NCBI GenBank assembly: GCA_000002445.1
Contig: CP000071.1
Coordinates: forward strand, 1,440,001-1,504,000
Reading direction: 5' to 3'
DNA: 64,000 nt
Source of the DNA: Trypanosoma brucei
Taxonomy: Eukaryota
In this document: one piece after another, positions 56,566 to 64,000 of the stretch
How positions within the stretch are numbered: the first letter of the stretch is position 1
How the letters are laid out: every line of letters starts with the position of its first letter
Program-made: the position numbers and the translations under genes
Notes under the pieces: generated by a model
Told to the model about the DNA's origin: nothing
The model's input: the letters and a program-made list of their open reading frames with translations, nothing else
Databases searched by the model: none

Positions 56566-57533
56566 AAGCACAGCCACCGTTGGTAACCATTTCCTTTGCT
56601 CTTTTTTTTTGTTGATGTTGTTAACACTGCTGCCGCAGATTCTGTATACACGACCATTAGTTCAGCGGCAACTGTGGGTTTAATAGCTGCATGTGGATCA
56701 GGGTACTAGTGATTTTTTGGCGTGGGGGGGGAAGGAGTGGACCTTTGTTGGTGTTTTTTTTTTTAGGGGTGAAAAGTATTTTACTCACTCAAGTACCTAA
56801 ACTTCGCTGCGGTAGTCCGTGCTGTGAGCAGGTCCTTTGACACATGCCCCGCCTTTCACACAACATCATTTCTGCTTATTTGTGCACGGGTTCTCTCTTC
56901 TTCAACCTCGCCTCGTGTAGGGCTCCGTCATCCAAACTGTAGAAGGAATGCCAAATGTGTTCCCATGGGCACGTGTAGTATATGCATCACAGAAAAGTTT
57001 GTACTACTTTGGCTCTTTTTTGATTTGTCCTTCACTCCTTCAGCCGTGGGGATAGGTCACTTTCACGTACCGGATCTCATGATTCTGCTTTTTTTTTTTT
57101 CCTTTTTCAATTTGATGACGTTGTAGCGATGGTCCTTCAAACGCTTTCACTTTGTGCCTTTTTAAGCCTTGACTGCTTGGAAGGCAGAAGTGTAAAGAGT
57201 AATATCGGCAGCAGATGCGGCTACTGAGGTTGACTATCCCCGTATTTCTGGTTAGGGTTTACAAGCTGGGGACCTTAATCTCATTGTCACTCGCTTGTTT
57301 CTTTTGTAGTGTGACGGCTTGGTGATTTCATGTTCGTTCCTCCTCCCCCTTCTCCAATCTGTCTTCAATGCGACCCCCGTTTTTTATCGCAACTGTTTGA
57401 GTCACGACCCTCTTCTTGATAACATGGCGCACCCTTCTGTGCCTCACATCAGCTGTTAAGATGGACCTTTTGCCTGCATGTAAATTATCACCTCTCTAAA
57501 GGACTCGAAACCTCGCAAGAGTAGAAGGGGGTT

Positions 57534-57926
57534 ATGACGGAGGCGCAAATGGATAAGAGCAGCAAAAACTCCAACGGCAACAACAGGCATCGTTCACCGG
57601 CGCAGGAGCAAGGACAGAAGCAGCGAGGCCGACTTCAAAGGAAGGCTCAGGAGGCCGCCCCCAAAGTTTCAGAGGAGAAGCCCCATCCGTTTATTGGCCA
57701 GGAACTTCGTGTCGTGCTTGAAGATCAACGTGTTATTGTGGGAACACTCATTGCCTACTTGGGTCTCGGGGATTTGCTTTTGCAGGACGCCTTGGAAGAG
57801 CGCCGTTACGCTGATGGGGAATTGAACCACCGGCAACTTCGTTTGATAGCAATACCTTTCAAGCACGTGACGGCGATGCACCGGCGGCGCCCGGGAAATA
57901 CTCCCATCGCGCAGGTCGGGGCTTGA
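57534..57926 (+). CDS. Sm-like (LSm fold) protein with about 45-aa basic/Gln-rich N-terminal extension
   Basis: ATG verified at 57534. Sm1-like block ELRVVLEDQRVIVGTLIAYLGLGDLLLQDALE and Sm2-like block RQLRLIAIPFKHV. I cannot assign the specific Sm/LSm paralogue. Confidence 0.5.
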   Translation: MTEAQMDKSSKNSNGNNRHRSPAQEQGQKQRGRLQRKAQEAAPKVSEEKPHPFIGQELRVVLEDQRVIVGTLIAYLGLGDLLLQDALEERRYADGELNHRQLRLIAIPFKHVTAMHRRRPGNTPIAQVGA

Positions 57927-58757
57927 GGTATTGGATGGGAACAGTTGTCCATAAAAGTTGCAGGAAGAGGAAAAACAGTGCTCTAAGGGAACCGGATGGC
58001 ACAAAAGGCAAAAAAAAAAAGTAACGGAAAAAAAAGCAAGCTAAATGGGCGGGTATTTGAAGTGTGGATGGACCGTACGTGTATGTGCGTTTTTTTTTTT
58101 CGTTCGTTATGGCGAGCGGGTGAGAAGACATTAACGCCAGGTGGCATTTTGTGAACGGGATTGGGGTGGATGGGAGTGTTCGTGCGTTTGTGGAGCGGCA
58201 GGTGGCAAACCGTACAGCTGATTAAGCGCGGATCGTCAAGAAAGGGCGAAAAATTGTGTACCCCTGCGGTCCAACTCGGCTTCCACCACCGCAAGGCCTC
58301 TGTTATGGAGTAGCTGCAGTTTTTGAAAAGAAGTAATTTAACGAAAACGATGTGGAAGCGGGTGACCCGTGAAAGAAGGGAAGGGAAAGGGTGGTGGTGG
58401 TGACTTTATGCTGTTTGTTCCGATGTAGCTGCGTCCCACAGCCTTCACTCCCTGCTTTTCCCTCTTCATTCTCATTTTCTTCCGGAGCATTATTGCGTAC
58501 CCGCTCATGCGCTGAAGGAAGTGCCCCGGTGTCCGTGTGCTTCTGTTTGCAGCGACTGACGTCAACAGGAGCGAAGGAAGTGTGAACATTTTCGCCCCCT
58601 TGATTTGTAATGTGTATGAGTGTCAGCACAATGTTGGGTGAAGGGGGAAAACAAATTCTGCACCACAACTACCACTATATTTCTCTCCGCGTGGCGAAAA
58701 GGAAGTTCAAGAAACGAAGCGTCAGTAGCGATAATTGCGGTGACACGGGTGGCGGAA

Positions 58758-60545
58758 ATGCTTACTCTGGCTATCATATGTGTCAGCTCCGCGGCAGTTG
58801 CCGCTGCTTGTGCAGTTTGGTGGTTCCTTGGCACAATTCCCCTTGCCGCACTGCTCGTTTTGTATGCTTGCATGGCAAACCAGCTCTTCAGGGCGTGTCT
58901 TATGTCGGGCCCGAAGACATCACGCCAGGTACCACCAACGCCCATTGCGCCCTGCCAACGTCTCTCGGCTGTGCAACTCAGCAAGGCTTACAGGGAGGGT
59001 GTGTTGAGTTGCGAAGAGGTGACGCGCACATATATTGAGCATATTAAACGTGTTAACCCTTATATTAACGCTATGGTTTTTGAGTGTTTTGACGAAGCCA
59101 TTGCCGCCGCAGTGCAAGCTGACAAGGTTTGGGCCAAATGGCGTGCTAACCGCGGTAATGCGGAACCAAGTTGGCTTTTGGGAGTCCCGTGTACCATCAA
59201 AGAATCGATGTCAGTCACCGGTTGTCCGAACGCCAGCGGCCTGCCACAGAGGCGTCACATCATCTCACGCATGGATAGCCCAGTAGTGAAGAACTTCCGT
59301 GACGCCGGCGCTGTTATTCTTGGCGTAACAAACACGAGTGAACTCTGCATGTGGTACGAGAGCTCTAACTACGTCTATGGTATATCATGCAATCCATACG
59401 ACACCAGGTGCATTGTGGGTGGAAGCAGCGGCGGAGAGGGAGCCTCCGCCGGTGCCGTGTTCTCAACCTTCAGTTTGGGAAGTGATATCGGGGGCTCTAT
59501 ACGTATGCCAGCATTCTTCAATGGTGTCTTTGGCCACAAGGCGAGTCCACACTACATATCTAACCGGGGGCAACATCCCGCTCCAGTTGCGTCTACGAAT
59601 CACTACATGTCCACAGGGCCCATTAGCCGCTTTGCCGAAGATCTTGAGCCGCTTTGTCGGGTGGCCGCCCGCGGTGGGTTTCTTGAGGATGAAAAGAAGT
59701 TTCCACCGCGCCCACCACTTCGGCGGCTCCCCTGCATTGACGCGAGGAAGTCACTGCGGGTCTTTATCCTGGAAGACTTTGGCACCGTTTTGGCCCGTAC
59801 TTCGACGACTCAACTTGAGATTGTGAGGGAAGTGGGGCAGTATTTGGAGGAGCAATTCGGTGCCTTGGTGACATATGTGAACTTGCATACATGGAAGTGT
59901 TCTGGCGGAGGGGAGATATTGAAAGTGTTTAGGCCATTTTCGAAGAGTCTACGTTTGTGGTTGGGGGCTATGAGTAACGACAAGGAAGAGGTGGTGTTTA
60001 CAGATCTCATGGCAGAAGGTATGACCAGCTTCAGCCCATTGAAGGAAATATTTCTGTGGGTGATAGGACGTTCTCAGCACACACTTCCAGCCTTGAGCCT
60101 CACTGTGGTCGATGCAGTTCTGCAACATTTCCCAAAGTGGGGGCCTATGGGTACGGCAAATGATACCGTGCGGGAATTCAAGAAGTCTCTGGAGGAGTTG
60201 CTGAACGGTGATGGTGTCATCATTTCCCCAACGTTTCCCCGTGCCGCGCCGCGTCACCACCGGCCCATCTTTTCACCTTTCGACTTTCAGTACACCGCAG
60301 CCTTTAATGTGCTTCGGATGCCGGTGACATGTGTTCCCATTTGGCAAAAGGAGCTTCGTGGTGACATGAGGGTTCCAACAGTAGAGGAGGCAAAAGAACT
60401 TGCCGCTTCCGCGGACTACCACCTGCCGAAGGGAGTTCAAATCGCGTCCCGGGAAGGCAATGACGAACTGAGCCTCGCTGTGGCTCAGGTACTTGAGACT
60501 GCTTTCGGCGGCTATAAGTACCCTGGCTGGGCTATTCTCGAGTAA
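58758..60545 (+). CDS. Amidase-signature family enzyme (fatty-acid-amide-hydrolase-like) with N-terminal transmembrane helix
   Basis: Track ORF 58620-60545 starts with GTG (gtg tca gca = VSA). The first in-frame ATG is at 58758, giving MLTLAIICVSSAAVAAACAVWWFLGTIPLAALLVLYA (hydrophobic anchor). The amidase signature GGSSGGEGASAGAVFSTFSLGSDIGGSIRMPA is present, with the catalytic Ser-cisSer-Lys context (K in CTIKESMSVTG). Confidence 0.8.
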   Translation: MLTLAIICVSSAAVAAACAVWWFLGTIPLAALLVLYACMANQLFRACLMSGPKTSRQVPPTPIAPCQRLSAVQLSKAYREGVLSCEEVTRTYIEHIKRVNPYINAMVFECFDEAIAAAVQADKVWAKWRANRGNAEPSWLLGVPCTIKESMSVTGCPNASGLPQRRHIISRMDSPVVKNFRDAGAVILGVTNTSELCMWYESSNYVYGISCNPYDTRCIVGGSSGGEGASAGAVFSTFSLGSDIGGSIRMPAFFNGVFGHKASPHYISNRGQHPAPVASTNHYMSTGPISRFAEDLEPLCRVAARGGFLEDEKKFPPRPPLRRLPCIDARKSLRVFILEDFGTVLARTSTTQLEIVREVGQYLEEQFGALVTYVNLHTWKCSGGGEILKVFRPFSKSLRLWLGAMSNDKEEVVFTDLMAEGMTSFSPLKEIFLWVIGRSQHTLPALSLTVVDAVLQHFPKWGPMGTANDTVREFKKSLEELLNGDGVIISPTFPRAAPRHHRPIFSPFDFQYTAAFNVLRMPVTCVPIWQKELRGDMRVPTVEEAKELAASADYHLPKGVQIASREGNDELSLAVAQVLETAFGGYKYPGWAILE

Positions 60546-62732
60546 CCATGACACAATAGGAGCCTCCGGTCCGTGAAAACAGTGAAAGTAAAAAAAGGGG
60601 GGCATGCAACTATAAACTAAGTACACTATTGGGCTGGTAGAAGGAAAATCGAATGAATACACCAGTTTCTGGAAAATAAAGGGGGGGGGGATAAATCAAT
60701 CAGCTAATGAGTGCTGGTATAAGCAAACAAGTACGTATCCAAGCATGCAACATATACACTATATATACACATATATAAGTCGTACGTTCGCGAGTGGTTG
60801 GGGCTGGGGACTCACAGAATAATCCCACTCATGTCCACTGAATAGGTGTTTTCACGTATCTACACCATGTAGTTTAATAATTGCAGGTTCAATTAGCAGT
60901 ATCTGACTCACCTCCGTGGCAGGAGGGAAGAACTCCTACAATTTACTGCGTGTCGGATCACTTCGACTTCGTACGATGCGTTCTGGTCTGCGGGACATTT
61001 CGGGTGAAGGGGGTGTGCATGTGTAAAACTGAATAAACTTATTTTGTTTTCAAAGGCTTTATATGTTTTTTTCCCCCTTCGCTGTGGCTGCACGGAACCC
61101 GGTCAAGGAGAGGGTGACTGCCACAGTGAAACGCAACATGTGCGCGCATATATGTGCTCATCGGTATGGAGAAACTTTGGTAGAGGGTGCTGGTCGTCGT
61201 TTACTCGGCGGTGTCAGCTTTCCGCTTTCCTTTCCGACTTTCTTGTACTCGGTTATCGTTTTGTTTTTTTGCTTTGGTGTGCTATTGCTTCTTTTTTTGC
61301 TTTCTATTTGCACAAGAACGACGTTTTTTTTTTTTTTACATTTATCTCATCTTATTCAATATTTCCGTGTGTTATCCTGGTGAAGGCGCGGATCTGTTTT
61401 TTTTTCTACCTCCCCGCCGGCTGCAGCTGAAAATGTCGTTACCGGGTTACAGGGCGTTATGGTGGCACGTTGTTGTACTTGATCCTATTGTTTTTGTACG
61501 TGTTTCTGCGAAACGGGAGAGATGTGGAGAAAAGGTGGTGAAGTAGAGGAAATGGAAGGATTAGAAGCGAAAAAGATGCATGTGCGTATTTTGTGGTGGA
61601 TCCCATGGTTACTGCGGATGTCGCTTACTTTTTCCATTGTTTCTTTTGTGTTCATTTCATATTTCCATTTAAAATTTCGTTCTCTCACTTTGTTGCACCA
61701 AACACTGTCCCATATACCCGCAAATGGCGGACGGCTTTTGTTGTTTAGTTAGGTTCGGCCCTTTCTTTCTTCTTTTTCGTTTTTTATGTTTTTTTTTGTT
61801 GCGTGTGAAGGCCTTTTCCGCCTCTGTCTGAACCACACACCATTGACGACGCAACCTCGCGTCAGCACTGACTGAGCGACTGACTGGTTGGTTACTTCGG
61901 GGAAAATGTTTGATTTCTGTCGTTTCCTCGCGTGTTAGCTGTTTTCTCTTCTTTCAAGTGCTGAAGCAAGCGCAATCGTATATTCGCAAAAGGCAACAGG
62001 TGTTGTGAGTTGGCGCCCCCCTCCCGTCACGGCAATAATTGAGGCCGCATTTGGTTTAGAGCTGGACTGAAGCAGTAAAAAAAAAAAATTAGGCGGTGTG
62101 CTGACCACTCAGTGAAAGAGTAAGGAAGGGCGGGGGGGGGGGGTGGGGAGACAACGCTGAGCCTGCATAGCTATTTTTGTGTGTTGTAAGAAGAAAGCGG
62201 AGGGAAGAAATTGTAACTTATCAATAACCTTAACAACAAGGGCAAAAGAAAGAAAGAGGGAGGGTGGGACACACAACGTTGAGTAAGGGACCGGTGAATA
62301 ACAGAGGAGTGGCGATTACGACTTGGGAGTACTTTGAAGCCATAGCGGTGACATTCGTATATATATATAAATTTTTTTTTTGAGCTGCTACTGTAGAGGT
62401 ACCAGAGTAACGATCCGCTTTATTTATTCATTCTCGTTTGTAGCCGGTGTTTAGGAAGGATTAGAACCTGTTGCAGTCGTTAACTGCGATTAGCGGGTAG
62501 GCGAATAGTCCCGAAAGGCACTGCGTGGTGGAGCCGAGGCTGACGACACCGGGAGGAGGCTGAAGCACTGGAAATTGACGAAGTGTGCTCCCTGAAGACC
62601 GGTTACAGAACTATTGGCTGTGACTAATTTTTCTTCGGTTTTTTTTTGTTTTCTTCACGACTCCGTCCGTAGCGGCGTATTTCACGTACATATCCTCCTC
62701 TACTTAGGAACCCACTTTCACGCACAACTCCC

Positions 62733-64000
62733 ATGTCGCTCATTACAGACTTTCCATTCCATGCTTACTTGGGTGACCTGAAGACCCGCCGTGTGATGGG
62801 CGCCAAGGACGCCGTGTCCCTGTCTCTGCTTGCATCTGAGGATATGTCGGGGATCGCTTTCGTGGAGGTTCGCACGCGTGCCGGCCAGGAGGATCGTTCG
62901 GCACCTTGGCGTCCAGTTGTAAGAAATGGTGAGAATCACGCCACATTCTACGACACTCGAATGGGTAACTTCGACGCTAACCCGTTTCCACCACAGACAT
63001 GTCAAACGTGCGCAGCGAGCTTGACAGGAAAGTACGGCAATGAACGTTGTCACGGTCACTTTGGATTTGTTGGAATGCCGCGTATCCGCCCAGGCAGTGC
63101 GCATTCGGACTCCGATCGCCTTGTCGTTTTGAATCCGCACCTCGCGATGGATGCAGATCGTTTGTTCCGAGCGAAATGCTTCTTTTGTCACAAGTTTCGA
63201 GCACCAACATTTGATGTCGAACGATTCCGCCAGGCACTGGTTCTGGCCGACCATGGTTTACCAGGAGATGCGCTGCATCTTCTCGACACAGTGCCAACAG
63301 CGAAGGGTCACGATGCTATGCTGAACCACAGGCGCATGGCAAATGAGGAAATCGTCAACGATGTATCCATCCTTCAGTCGTATGTTGATCGTATCTTAAG
63401 GCAGCGCGCTAGTGGATGCAGTGAGGAGGATGCGAAAGCAAGAGTGACTATGGCACAGAAGGGAACTGTGGACGTTCGCAATGACATTTGCAACATGGCG
63501 ATTAGTCATCTAAGATCATTCAGTGGTCCTTGTAGCCACTGCACTGCTATTTCTCCGACCTTCTTGAAGCGCGGCGGTATTATTTTCTTTTTATTCAGGA
63601 AATCGAATCTTGTGACAAACATTGCCAAAGGATTCCTTACCCAGCAAGAGGTATCTGAGTGGGAGGCTGTCAACCGGCTGCATGGGAGGACTGGAACATA
63701 TTTTGATGGTCGTCAAATGCTTTTTCATATGAAAAACCTATTCGCAAAAGAGCAAGCTATCCTTGGTTTGCTGTACCCAAATCTTGGTGAACCGTCGGTT
63801 TTCACCAAAACCAACAAGGTTGTCCCAGCGAGTGAAAGGTACAAACTGTTCTTTTTGGACCGTATTCTCGTACCGCCATTACCCCTGAGGCTTTCGTCAG
63901 GCGTGAGAGTAAATGATAATGGTTTGATAATACCCGACGAGCAAACACGTGCTCTTTCCGATATATTGGGGTTTGTTGAGCAGATTGAGTGCTTCCACAC
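62733..64000 (+). CDS. RPA1: DNA-directed RNA polymerase largest subunit, N-terminal part; probably RNA polymerase I (RPA1). 3' part beyond window end
   Basis: Own translation from the ATG at about 62733 (ccATGtcgctcattaca = MSLIT) is open to the window end. It is not in the ORF track because there is no stop. The N-terminal zinc-binding clamp motif is CQTCAASLTGKYGNERCHGHFGFVGMP (compare the CxTC...CPGHFGHI motif of largest subunits), with a second Cys/His cluster CFFCHKF. The Pol I assignment rests on divergence from the canonical Pol II/III motif and on remembered synteny downstream of PFR2; it is not proven. Confidence 0.6.
   Translation, partial: MSLITDFPFHAYLGDLKTRRVMGAKDAVSLSLLASEDMSGIAFVEVRTRAGQEDRSAPWRPVVRNGENHATFYDTRMGNFDANPFPPQTCQTCAASLTGKYGNERCHGHFGFVGMPRIRPGSAHSDSDRLVVLNPHLAMDADRLFRAKCFFCHKFRAPTFDVERFRQALVLADHGLPGDALHLLDTVPTAKGHDAMLNHRRMANEEIVNDVSILQSYVDRILRQRASGCSEEDAKARVTMAQKGTVDVRNDICNMAISHLRSFSGPCSHCTAISPTFLKRGGIIFFLFRKSNLVTNIAKGFLTQQEVSEWEAVNRLHGRTGTYFDGRQMLFHMKNLFAKEQAILGLLYPNLGEPSVFTKTNKVVPASERYKLFFLDRILVPPLPLRLSSGVRVNDNGLIIPDEQTRALSDILGFVEQIECFH

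Noticed and set aside
1-64000. Prokaryotic-style defence or mobile system (CRISPR, restriction-modification, toxin-antitoxin, integrase)
   Set aside because: The sequence is eukaryotic kinetoplastid nuclear DNA. There are no direct-repeat/spacer arrays, no Shine-Dalgarno-coupled operons, and no recombinase or nuclease gene sets. The tandem repeats present are a coding 84-bp repeat and a gene array.

Overview
This window is eukaryotic. It is nuclear DNA of a Trypanosoma brucei-group kinetoplastid, with gene content and order matching the chromosome-8 paraflagellar-rod PFR2 locus. It is not a prokaryotic accessory island, and I find no CRISPR, restriction-modification, toxin-antitoxin or phage-defence architecture.

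Layout:
- Two minus-strand genes open the window: the 5' part of the DNA polymerase alpha catalytic subunit (1-1508) and ERO1 (1902-3230).
- A 9.1 kb gene-free divergent strand-switch region follows (3231-12351). This is the expected site of bidirectional RNA polymerase II initiation.
- A single plus-strand directional (polycistronic-type) cluster then runs from 12352 to the window end.

Plus-strand cluster contents:
- Four conserved hypotheticals, one with a candidate TraB-like domain and one with an MGSCCG dual-acylation N-terminus.
- A kinesin carrying roughly 19.5 near-identical 84-bp (28-aa) repeats.
- A 1459-aa hypothetical.
- Five identical head-to-tail PFR2 genes with a 2154-bp period.
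- An IQ-motif coiled-coil protein.
- TRAPPC3/Bet3.
- EMG1/NEP1.
- A dual-acylated OTU cysteine protease.
- ARL6/BBS3.
- An Sm-like protein.
- A membrane-anchored amidase.
- The 5' end of an RNA polymerase (probably Pol I) largest subunit.

Caveats on the ORF track: it uses GTG and TTG as starts, so several listed starts are not ATG; corrected ATG starts are given below. The long antisense ORFs inside the kinesin repeat and the PFR2 copies are artefacts. My own position counts may be off by one base in places; CDS boundaries follow the track unless stated.
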